A stretch of DNA of 64,000 bases, taken from IMG/VR virus record IMGVR_UViG_3300025120_000023; one strand, given 5' to 3'. Below the pieces are notes generated by a model that worked only from the letters and a program-made list of their open reading frames with translations, searched no databases and was not told where the DNA came from. Position 1 is the first letter of the stretch, and each line of letters starts with the position of its first letter. Source of the stretch: an uncultured virus (IMG/VR IMGVR_UViG_3300025120_000023) (taxonomy: Duplodnaviria; Heunggongvirae; Uroviricota; Caudoviricetes). The position numbers and the translations under genes are program-made. Below are positions 47,920 to 56,554 of the stretch, piece by piece.

Positions 47920-47961
47920 CTTTACATTGTAAAGATCAGAACAAATATCCGTTTTTGCAAC
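47920..47961 (-). promoter_or_regulatory. Class 1 promoter repeat, copy e
   Basis: GTTG-N18-CTGATCTTTACAATGTAAAG. Confidence 0.75.
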
Positions 47962-47980
47962 AGTTTGCCTAATTATTTTC

Positions 47981-48008
47981 AAAAAAAAAGCCCCTCCGGA
48001 GAGGGGCT
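47981..48008 (-). terminator. Rho-independent terminator after major capsid gene
   Basis: AGCCCCTC/GAGGGGCT stem plus U9. Confidence 0.9.
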
Positions 48009-48031
48009 AATTAATTATGCGGTTATGCTTC

Positions 48032-49663
48032 TTACAGCACGTTTAGATCTGCAACGTTAATCTTACCGTAGAATTCTGGTCTAGTAACAAGTTTTGCATA
48101 TCTTGTCATTACACCTCTTCTTGGAGTAAAATTCTTTGGATCGTAAACAAGAGGAGTAAGCATTAATGGCACGTATGGTGCGTATACTGCTCCAGTCTCT
48201 AAGAACTGGCTTCCTCTGAATCCCATCAAGATGGTATTCTCTTGCATGTAAGGGTTTTTGTAAACATCATAAGCGTTATTAATAGCACCTACTTGTCTTA
48301 CACCCATTGCATATTTCATCTTGCCTGTTCCGTCAGTCGCAGCATATCCAGGAATTGACTCAAGGATAGTTGAGATTTTTGGAGAACAAACTAAGAAGTT
48401 AGCTCCACCTCTCAGAGTCTTAGCATGGATCTCGTTAGATACTTTCTGTACTTTAGTACCTAAAGTAGCAAACCAAGTACCTTGGATATATGCTTGACCA
48501 CTAAATTGTGATGCCTCGAATAGATTAGTAGCAGAGTTAAACTCTTGACCTACTTTAGCAGACCAGAAGTCTGTAGAAGCAGCTGATGAAATCAACATGT
48601 CTAAGATCTCTAAGTCAATCTCCATAGAGACATACTCAGATAACATAGAAGTCAACTCACCTTCAGCATCTACTGAATGGTATGCGTTAAGGTCTTGAGC
48701 GAACTCAGGAGTCCAGCTTGCTTTCAACTTACGAGTCTTAGCAGTTACCGGAATACTTCTCATTTGCAATTCAATGCTTGGGATATTCAAGTCTGTATCC
48801 AAGTCTCTGTTTGTAGCAGATACTGGTTTAGCCTCGAAGTCACCTCTATCATCATTCGTAGGTTGTACTGAGAATGAAATTGCTGCACGGAAAGGACTAA
48901 GTGTCACATGTGTAGCTGGTGCTAATGATTCAGATGCTACAACGAATTGTACGTTTCCACCAACGATTTGAGTAAACTTTTCAATGACGTCTAACTCAAC
49001 TGAACCAGATAGTAGTTGGAATGATCTAACTGCTTCTTTGTCTAATCCAGTTCCGTTAGAAGAGGAAAGAGATGCAGTAGGAACAATTACTGTATGGTAA
49101 TTAGCAATTGATGCTGTAAAATCACCATCGTAAAGTACAGTGTCAACACCTACAGATCCAGTGTGGATTGTATGTCCAGTTGTTGCAATTTGGTTGTTAA
49201 TTGAATATCCAAATCGACCTGCTCCGTAAAGTCCATCAGATGGATCAGCAGTAGTGTCAGTGACACCTTGTAGTGTACCAGTTTGGTTTTTCTCCGTTGG
49301 AGCGAATCCAAATGGATTTTTATCGTTAGCGTATTTGAAATCTAGGTAGAATACTAGTCCTGATGGTAAGTTCATTGGTTGAACGCTGACAAATTCCTTT
49401 GCTGCGATCTCCGCATAAACTCTCCTGATCAAAGGAAGAGCTACTCCTGTCCACTGCTCATATCCGGCACCTGCAGTACCAGCTGTTGTAGCAGACCCCT
49501 CTTTCAAAAGCTGTTTTGCTTGGTTCTCTAAAAGAACAGACACTGTTGCCTCTTCTTGTTTGTCACCAAGTCCTTCTAATAGGCCCGTTCTGGACCATTT
49601 GGAGATTAAAGCCTTATTTTCGTGGCTTCTGTTTGTTTCTCCCATTCCTTCAAATAAATTCAT
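48032..49663 (-). CDS. Major capsid protein (T4 gp23-like)
   Basis: LLENQ, VQPMNLPSGLVF, AKTRKLKA.WT.E.AQDL.A.H..DAE.EL, YAPYVPL, P..GVMTRY. Confidence 0.97.
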   Translation of the reverse strand: MNLFEGMGETNRSHENKALISKWSRTGLLEGLGDKQEEATVSVLLENQAKQLLKEGSATTAGTAGAGYEQWTGVALPLIRRVYAEIAAKEFVSVQPMNLPSGLVFYLDFKYANDKNPFGFAPTEKNQTGTLQGVTDTTADPSDGLYGAGRFGYSINNQIATTGHTIHTGSVGVDTVLYDGDFTASIANYHTVIVPTASLSSSNGTGLDKEAVRSFQLLSGSVELDVIEKFTQIVGGNVQFVVASESLAPATHVTLSPFRAAISFSVQPTNDDRGDFEAKPVSATNRDLDTDLNIPSIELQMRSIPVTAKTRKLKASWTPEFAQDLNAYHSVDAEGELTSMLSEYVSMEIDLEILDMLISSAASTDFWSAKVGQEFNSATNLFEASQFSGQAYIQGTWFATLGTKVQKVSNEIHAKTLRGGANFLVCSPKISTILESIPGYAATDGTGKMKYAMGVRQVGAINNAYDVYKNPYMQENTILMGFRGSQFLETGAVYAPYVPLMLTPLVYDPKNFTPRRGVMTRYAKLVTRPEFYGKINVADLNVL

Positions 49664-49691
49664 AGTTTGAATAATTTTTGCTTTTTTTAGG

Positions 49692-50741
49692 TTACTTGTT
49701 GTAGTTAATTAATTCTGTAAAACGGTTATAAACTCCGTTACTGTCAGCAATCACTTTTTTCGTTCCTTTTGAACGAGATGATGCGATACCTTCAGTTAGG
49801 TTTTTTGCTTTTCTTTTAGGAGCAGCTTTTCTGACAGGTCTTGCAGTCATTGATTCGGCTAATGTAGCATACACTAATTTAGCTTCTCTAACTGTTTTAA
49901 CTCTGTCAAAAGTTTCGATGATTTTTATTTTCTTAGTCTCAGTCAATTCACCTTTCTTGAATAGCTTGTTTACATAAAGTAATTTAGCGTTAAGTAGATT
50001 CACTTCGTTTAACTTAGAACGTAAGAATTTGATAACATTGTAAGCTTCTTCCAACTCATCTTCATCCTTTTCTTCATCCATGGATTCTTTATCATCTTCT
50101 TCCTCTTCTCTAAGAGCTTTAATGATTTCTTCTAGGTCGATATCTTCATCGTCACCTTCTTCCATGTCCTCTTTTTCAGAATGATCTTCTTCTTTGTAAA
50201 GACCTTTCTTCATTTTTTCTTTAGACGACATTTTTTCATCCATTTCTTCTTTGTCAGAATGATCGCCTTCTTCCATTTCATCGGTTTCAGCGTGAGCTTC
50301 TTCTTCCATATCTTCTTCAGAATAATCTCCTTCAGCCATTTCATCTTCTTCTCCTTCTAACTCTCTTAGAATCTCTTCTAACTCGTCATCAGTCATTTCA
50401 GCTTCTTCGGCTTCAGCAGATGCTTCTTCTTCAGATCCTTCATCAGAAACTTCTGGTTCTGCCTCAACTTCAACTTCTACTTCATCCTCTACTTCAGGTT
50501 CTCCACCTTCGCCTTCGGATTGCATTTCGTCTTCGTCGTGAGACATCTCCATTGTCATTTCTTCTTCATCTTCCATCTCCTCCATTGGCTCTTCCTCTTC
50601 CATCTCTTCTTTAATTTTATGAGACAGCATAGATTGCAGCTTAGGAGCAAAGGCTTCTTCTAAAGCAAGTTTTGCGTTTGCTAATGCAGTTTCGCGAACA
50701 GCTTTTGCGTCTGCGATTGCATCTTTTAATAATTTGTTCAT
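49692..50741 (-). CDS. Prohead scaffold/core protein
   Basis: Highly acidic, coiled-coil, immediately upstream of MCP. Confidence 0.8.
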   Translation of the reverse strand: MNKLLKDAIADAKAVRETALANAKLALEEAFAPKLQSMLSHKIKEEMEEEEPMEEMEDEEEMTMEMSHDEDEMQSEGEGGEPEVEDEVEVEVEAEPEVSDEGSEEEASAEAEEAEMTDDELEEILRELEGEEDEMAEGDYSEEDMEEEAHAETDEMEEGDHSDKEEMDEKMSSKEKMKKGLYKEEDHSEKEDMEEGDDEDIDLEEIIKALREEEEDDKESMDEEKDEDELEEAYNVIKFLRSKLNEVNLLNAKLLYVNKLFKKGELTETKKIKIIETFDRVKTVREAKLVYATLAESMTARPVRKAAPKRKAKNLTEGIASSRSKGTKKVIADSNGVYNRFTELINYNK

Positions 50742-50877
50742 GATATATGTTTTATGAACGTCCTACAACTATTGGAGTTGCAATTTGAATAATTTATTTA
50801 GGACGCCATATCAGGATAGCGTATTTAACCATATATAGTATGGTCAAAACTCAAAACGTGTTTTAGTGTTGTATTAT

Positions 50878-51711
50878 TTACGCCATTGCTGGGGCTGGTG
50901 CATCTCCACCAGCTTGCAGTTTTGCCTTGAGCTCTTTATTGTCTGCTATTGCTTTTTTTATGTACTTAAATAATTCCTTTCCAAGCACTACAAGCTCAAA
51001 CCCTTTACCAATCATTGAAGTTATTGATATTATAATACCAAACACACTTGCTCCTGCAAGAGGAAAGTGCGAAACTCCAAGTGCAAATAAAGCTACTACA
51101 CCGATAAACTTTACGCTATAAGCTCCTATCTTTTGAGCATTAGGTCCACCACCCATTTGCCCTATGATCCACTCAATAGCTTGTCCAATTTTTTTCATTA
51201 CCCAGCCGGCAAGGCCTTTAATGCTGGCATCGAATTTTCCTAGTTTTGTTTTGACTATCTTTGGATCCATCTTTTTCCCCGTTATCTTTTCAATAGCCGC
51301 ACAGATAGCTTCGATAAATGCCATGTTTCCTAGAACAAGTGATACGACTGTAAGGATGGAATCCAAAAGTCCTCCACCGCTTTCATTTACTGACTGACGT
51401 CTTTCATCAACTGTAGGTAATTCTTTTTCAACATCGGATGCTTTAACTTTTGAGATATCACCACCCTTTTCAAGGGCAGCCATCATCATTGCTGCTTGCA
51501 CCTCTTCGTCATCCATATCCTCCCCATCCTTTTCTACCTCTTTAGACACTTTTAAGATGCCTTGATCGATACCTGATGGTATTCCAGCCTCCTTAAGCAT
51601 TTTAGATGACGATTTCATAGCTACTGTAATTTCAGCTATCATCTTATTGAATTTACGCTCTCGCAAAATTCTGTATGTTATTTCAGATAAACTTAATGTT
51701 GGCTTATTCAT
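50878..51711 (-). CDS. Putative internal head protein with hydrophobic helices
   Basis: LSE/LRE/LKE/VNE motifs, then hydrophobic segments. Confidence 0.55.
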   Translation of the reverse strand: MNKPTLSLSEITYRILRERKFNKMIAEITVAMKSSSKMLKEAGIPSGIDQGILKVSKEVEKDGEDMDDEEVQAAMMMAALEKGGDISKVKASDVEKELPTVDERRQSVNESGGGLLDSILTVVSLVLGNMAFIEAICAAIEKITGKKMDPKIVKTKLGKFDASIKGLAGWVMKKIGQAIEWIIGQMGGGPNAQKIGAYSVKFIGVVALFALGVSHFPLAGASVFGIIISITSMIGKGFELVVLGKELFKYIKKAIADNKELKAKLQAGGDAPAPAMA

Positions 51712-52079
51712 TTCTTTTTGTTTTCAGTAAGGTCACTAAAATTTACTTGAATTGTGTATCCATCAACATCTACTTCTAAACCTTTTTTTGTTATTGCTTT
51801 TACTTCACCCTCTCCAGCTCTCCAATCAGTATTGGTGTTATATTTTTTGACTGCAGATGGATCGAAGAACACTTTTAATGCTTTTTCACCACTACCCTTT
51901 TTGTCGTCTTTTTTTTCTTCTTCACCTTTGTCACCGCCTTCTTCACCTTTGTCACCACCAGCATCTCCACCACCCTCTTTTTCAGCAGCAGCAGCGAATG
52001 GATTCTCAAGCAACCTATACTCAAGCATTAACTCACCTAATATATCAACAAGTGTGTTTTTGTTAGTGACCAACTTCAT
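51708..52079 (-). CDS. Hypothetical head-region protein
   Basis: Overlapping operon ORF; LLE and LTE motifs. Confidence 0.65.
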   Translation of the reverse strand: MKLVTNKNTLVDILGELMLEYRLLENPFAAAAEKEGGGDAGGDKGEEGGDKGEEEKKDDKKGSGEKALKVFFDPSAVKKYNTNTDWRAGEGEVKAITKKGLEVDVDGYTIQVNFSDLTENKKK

Positions 52080-52446
52080 AGTAGCGAGATAGATTGTTAC
52101 CCATTTCTTCGTACAAAGACTCTAAGCGTTGCTGTAGTTTAGATACTTCAGCTACTGTTTTAGTGAATTCTTTATTGTTGTTGTTAAGCTCTTTCATGTT
52201 TCTCTTCACGGTCACTTCATCAAACCACTCTTCGGTTTCTTGTAAAGCAACGCGTTCTGCTTTTTCTACAATTTCAGAGATTCTGTTAGCAGCTTCTTTT
52301 AATCCTTTGCTACGATAGATTGCTTCTTCAAAGTTTCCGTACTCTTTAATTTCTTCAAGCACTTGAGCTTTTTCATTAAGCTTCATTTTTGAGGCGCCGG
52401 CATTATCCATTGCTTCGCTAAGTTGTTTTAGTATATTTGTCTTCAT
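52063..52446 (-). CDS. Head-region coiled-coil protein
   Basis: Follows protease. Confidence 0.7.
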   Translation of the reverse strand: MKTNILKQLSEAMDNAGASKMKLNEKAQVLEEIKEYGNFEEAIYRSKGLKEAANRISEIVEKAERVALQETEEWFDEVTVKRNMKELNNNNKEFTKTVAEVSKLQQRLESLYEEMGNNLSRYYEVGH

Positions 52447-53060
52447 TACATTACTGATATTATCTCACTTATTAGTGAATGGATTCTAGTGTGTTTGTTG
52501 TTGTTATTTGAATTGGTGTTTTCGTTTAAAGATGAATTCATAAAAGCACCTTGTGTAGATGGATTACTGACCAAATCCCAACATACGATTTCAAAGTCGT
52601 CTTGTACTTCTACCTTTCCCTCTCCTAACTCCTTAACAGATCCCATTCCTCTTGAGCTGATGCCTAATCTGATTCCAGATTTCATTAACTCCTTTGCAAT
52701 GTTTCCTGAGGGTGTAGATAATATCTCAATCTTTCCCATTAAGTCAGTCCCTTGCCACCACAAATCAAGTACATTGTGAGACACGTTTGATAGGTTTACC
52801 ACTTGAGAATCTGGATGATCTAATTCGCCTAACGCTCTACGCTCCTTTACAAAAGTGTTTTTGTAAGTTTCACATTCTTTTTTCAAAATAGGTAAAGGAT
52901 AGCTCCTTCCATTTTGGTTAAAGTTTTCATCATCGCCAGTACTGGCTCTCTGCATAATTCCTGACACGATTAGCTTTCCATTGTTTTTGTTCATGGATTC
53001 GTTGATCTGTGTAGGTGTTACTTGGATTGATCCTATATAATCTACTAATACTCTTTTCAT
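52446..53060 (-). CDS. Prohead protease (T4 gp21-like)
   Basis: NQNGR.Y, ALGELDHP, VSH, TPSG.I, GISSRG.GS, D.VSNPS..GA. Confidence 0.95.
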   Translation of the reverse strand: MKRVLVDYIGSIQVTPTQINESMNKNNGKLIVSGIMQRASTGDDENFNQNGRSYPLPILKKECETYKNTFVKERRALGELDHPDSQVVNLSNVSHNVLDLWWQGTDLMGKIEILSTPSGNIAKELMKSGIRLGISSRGMGSVKELGEGKVEVQDDFEIVCWDLVSNPSTQGAFMNSSLNENTNSNNNNKHTRIHSLISEIISVM

Positions 53061-53812
53061 GATATCATGTGTTTTTGTATGTTAGCAATGACTTCTTCAG
53101 GATTATCGATGTTTCCTAATGGTATTTCTTCACTGTAATCTTGGTACGTTAAGTTTCCTTTATCCCAATCAATAGCGACTGGTTCTCCGTTAAGCATAAC
53201 GTCAAATTCGAAATGATCAGCACCTATAGGGTTGTGGTCTATGTCGGTAGATCGTATAGCGTCAAACTGCGGATCACCAACACTATTAAGTAGTGATAGT
53301 AGATCTCCTTGAGCTTGCTGTGCAGTCGCTTCTGTTAAGTTATATAGTTGGTTAGCTTTTTCAGATAATACCGATATGCGTTGATGCATTTTAGCTAAAG
53401 CTTCGTTTGTACGTTTCCAATGGATATTGTTATCCATCTTAGATTCATTTTTTAACTTAATGCTGTGTTGAAGCATTCTTGCTAACTCTCTAATATTCTT
53501 GTTTACTTCTAAGATGTTTGCGTTTACCTTTTGTACTGTCGATCGTGATTCGTCTCGTTTAAAAGCTTTATATGATACTTCGTTTAATTTTACCGAATAT
53601 TTAGGATTCCGTTTTTTTGGTCCTTTGATTGAGTATGCATATTCTGGATCAGTTAAATCAACCGATTGTGTTCCGTCATCATCCTCATCGCCAGTAAACG
53701 CGTTTGGTGTATCGTAGGAGCCAACATTTGCTGTTGTGTTTTCTTTCATCTGAGCAGCCTGCTCTTTGATGTACTTCTTTAACTCTTCCTTTTCTTCTAA
53801 GCTCAATCCCAT
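53057..53812 (-). CDS. Head-region protein
   Basis: Between portal and protease; YDTPNAF; LNE/LTE motifs. Confidence 0.7.
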   Translation of the reverse strand: MGLSLEEKEELKKYIKEQAAQMKENTTANVGSYDTPNAFTGDEDDDGTQSVDLTDPEYAYSIKGPKKRNPKYSVKLNEVSYKAFKRDESRSTVQKVNANILEVNKNIRELARMLQHSIKLKNESKMDNNIHWKRTNEALAKMHQRISVLSEKANQLYNLTEATAQQAQGDLLSLLNSVGDPQFDAIRSTDIDHNPIGADHFEFDVMLNGEPVAIDWDKGNLTYQDYSEEIPLGNIDNPEEVIANIQKHMIS

Positions 53813-53813
53813 G

Positions 53814-54644
53814 TTATAGTTCTTTAAGAAGTTCGTGATACAACAATAATGAATGAACGTGATCTTCTTTAACGCGTTTTATTCTTTTGTTGTTGTCGAG
53901 TAGCGACATTACCTCTGTCAGTTTAATAGATATAACTTGGTCTTTAACTTTTGAAAGTTTTTTTGATAATTGAGATTGCAGGTTAATGCTTTCTTTTATT
54001 ACAAAGTCGCGAAGATTAGTTGTGTTGCTGATATTGTTTATATACTCTCGTAAAACTATCTGCTGGCTTTCGGATAATTTAGCATACTTAGTGTTAAACT
54101 TTTCTAACATTAATTTGTATGCTAACACTCTGACTTCTTCATCTTCCTTAAGAAATTCAACTTTCTTTGCTACCGGTCTTTCAGTTGTTTTGGTTATGTG
54201 TTCTGTAATAGCAACTCTACTTCTAACTACGTCAGCAGCTTGTGCTATTGATGCACCTTCAAATACTCTGTAAACAGAAGCGTATATTTTGTAGTTGCTT
54301 ATTGTTGACTTAAAAAAATCTTTTAGATCGTACTTGTTTTTGATCTCTTTGATTAAGTTGTATTTTGAATCATTAAGAGATTTTTCGTTTAGCTTTCTGC
54401 GCATCTTAATTGTCGTGTTCAGAAGCATAGTAGCTTTTTGAGGCTCTTTAAACTGTTCGTTTAGCAGTGTTTGATATAATACCAATTCCTTCGCTAAAGC
54501 TGTTTTTGCTGCGAAATATTCCTTTATTATCTTGAGTGCGGGAGAGTTTTTTACGCCAGTCATTGTGTCTGCTGTAATTTGTCTCGTTAGCAACTCAAAA
54601 AGAATTCCGGTGTTCTTTATCTTCGAGTGTGTCGACTTCTTCAT
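53814..54644 (-). CDS. Head-region helical protein
   Basis: HSKIKNTGILFELL; directly downstream of portal with own late motif. Confidence 0.75.
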   Translation of the reverse strand: MKKSTHSKIKNTGILFELLTRQITADTMTGVKNSPALKIIKEYFAAKTALAKELVLYQTLLNEQFKEPQKATMLLNTTIKMRRKLNEKSLNDSKYNLIKEIKNKYDLKDFFKSTISNYKIYASVYRVFEGASIAQAADVVRSRVAITEHITKTTERPVAKKVEFLKEDEEVRVLAYKLMLEKFNTKYAKLSESQQIVLREYINNISNTTNLRDFVIKESINLQSQLSKKLSKVKDQVISIKLTEVMSLLDNNKRIKRVKEDHVHSLLLYHELLKEL

Positions 54645-54688
54645 ATAATGTAATTACCTAATAATAAATATGGCGGTTTTTTTTATTA

Positions 54689-56530
54689 CTACTCATCTAA
54701 CAGGTTTTCTTCGTTGAGAAGACCAGGTTTTTTCTTATCTTTACTGTATGTGCTTTGTAATGCAGCAGCTTTGTTAAGATTGTCTTTTAATCCTTTGTAA
54801 TTGCCAAGGTTTTGTGCTTCATACATTACACGACCTGCAGATTTGTTTTGTTTGTGACCTGCTGGATCCCACCCTAATGGATGTGTGTGTTTGCCAAATG
54901 TGCCAGGTTCTTTAGGTCTTCCTGCTCCAGGCCATCCACCCTCAGGTACTTCTTTTTCATCATATCCTTTTGGCACTCCCTCATCTCCTTTATACAAGCT
55001 GGCTATGTCGTGTGGTGTACCAAATGACTGACCACTCTCTTTTGGATCATTACCTTCAGTCTTGATCTGTTCTAATCGGAAGAATTCTTTTGAATCAGCT
55101 GCAATACGATCTTGCTCTTCCATCCACTGTTCTGGTTGCATGTTGAATAAGTGTTCGTAACACCAAAATCTACTGAATAGTTTCTTTTCAACTAGATCTC
55201 CTGCTAACGTAGATTTAGATGTCCACAACTCTAACTTTTCTCTTTCGTAATACGTAGACGGTGGTGTTAGTTTTAATGAAAAATCGACAATCTCTTCATC
55301 AGTAAATCCTTGAGAATATAAGTGTACAATTGCAATCTTAGTAAGCTCGCTTACAATAATTTTTTGTACTCTTTCAATTGTTCTTGCAAATCTGAAATCT
55401 TGTGATGCTAATGAGGCTTTTCCAGTAGTATCTTCTAAATATCCTAAATATGCTTTTGGAATTTTTAACGCACCTAACATTCTATTCTGCAAATACTCAA
55501 TGTCAGGAATTGAATCCATTTGTAGTCCAGGAGTGGTTTCAATCATTGTTCCGCTTTCTGCACCACGAACTGGTAAGTAGAAGTCTTCAAGAATATTTTG
55601 CATGTTGTACTTGAGGTTGTAATCTCCCGTACTCTCATCTATAAATGGAACCTTTTTCATTTTGTTAATCATACCTTCCATAAAAGCGTCAACTTCGTTT
55701 GGTGGTATGTTACCAATATCTATTTTAAAAATTCGTTTGTCTGGAGCTCTCATGATACGATGAATTAACATTGCATCTTCCATTAGTGTGAGTTGTTTCC
55801 ATACCTTTCTTGCTGGCTCTAATAAAGATCTACCGTATGGTAAAAAGTTAGTATCATTTAATAATCTAAAGTGAGCAATCTCATAATTATCATATTCTTC
55901 GGTTGAGTTACGATGTATTGTAGTTGTAGCAATCCCTGACATCATGTCTCTTTTAAAAGTGACTTTGTTTGGATTTTGTGGATCCATACCCTCTTCTCGT
56001 ACCATCTCATAAGCTGAGATTGGTTCCACGTTTGTGATTCCATACTTCTCGGTGATGTTTAGGTGTAGGTAAAAATCACCATATTTCAACGTACTACGTA
56101 CCCATGGCCATAAATTAAATTCAACATTAAGAATGTCGTAAAATAGATTGTGAAGTACTTTGTGAATCTTATCATTGTTTGTCATGATAGTAAGTGTATC
56201 TTCAAATTCATCTTTAGCGGTACACTCGTCTGAATAAATATCTAATGCTGAAGATATGATACTATCAGAGTCCATTGCTTCATAATCTTTGAATAACTCA
56301 ATTCTAGTAGCTTGTAATATTTCACCTTGATTGTATGCGGTAGTAATACCAGTTCCATACATTCGATTGAATCGATCAATACGACTATTATTCTGTAAGT
56401 TTCCTACAGATTGAAGATTGTCGGTGTCAACCACTTTAAGTTGTTTTCCACCAACATTACGAATAATTACATCAGTACTAAATAATTTTCGTAGTCTGCC
56501 AAATAAGTTAGGTTTTTTCTCTTCTGCCAT
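54689..56530 (-). CDS. Portal protein (T4 gp20-like)
   Basis: YGDF, L.LMEDA.LIHRI.RAP..RIF.ID.GN, EDFYLP.RG, ALKIP. Confidence 0.95.
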   Translation of the reverse strand: MAEEKKPNLFGRLRKLFSTDVIIRNVGGKQLKVVDTDNLQSVGNLQNNSRIDRFNRMYGTGITTAYNQGEILQATRIELFKDYEAMDSDSIISSALDIYSDECTAKDEFEDTLTIMTNNDKIHKVLHNLFYDILNVEFNLWPWVRSTLKYGDFYLHLNITEKYGITNVEPISAYEMVREEGMDPQNPNKVTFKRDMMSGIATTTIHRNSTEEYDNYEIAHFRLLNDTNFLPYGRSLLEPARKVWKQLTLMEDAMLIHRIMRAPDKRIFKIDIGNIPPNEVDAFMEGMINKMKKVPFIDESTGDYNLKYNMQNILEDFYLPVRGAESGTMIETTPGLQMDSIPDIEYLQNRMLGALKIPKAYLGYLEDTTGKASLASQDFRFARTIERVQKIIVSELTKIAIVHLYSQGFTDEEIVDFSLKLTPPSTYYEREKLELWTSKSTLAGDLVEKKLFSRFWCYEHLFNMQPEQWMEEQDRIAADSKEFFRLEQIKTEGNDPKESGQSFGTPHDIASLYKGDEGVPKGYDEKEVPEGGWPGAGRPKEPGTFGKHTHPLGWDPAGHKQNKSAGRVMYEAQNLGNYKGLKDNLNKAAALQSTYSKDKKKPGLLNEENLLDE

Positions 56531-56554
56531 TCTTGTTTATTTTATATAAATAGG

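Noticed and set aside
5490..47961. Repeats as CRISPR array or IS/att ends
   Set aside because: Dispersed, not regularly spaced, always directly upstream of ORFs; no cas, transposase or integrase seen
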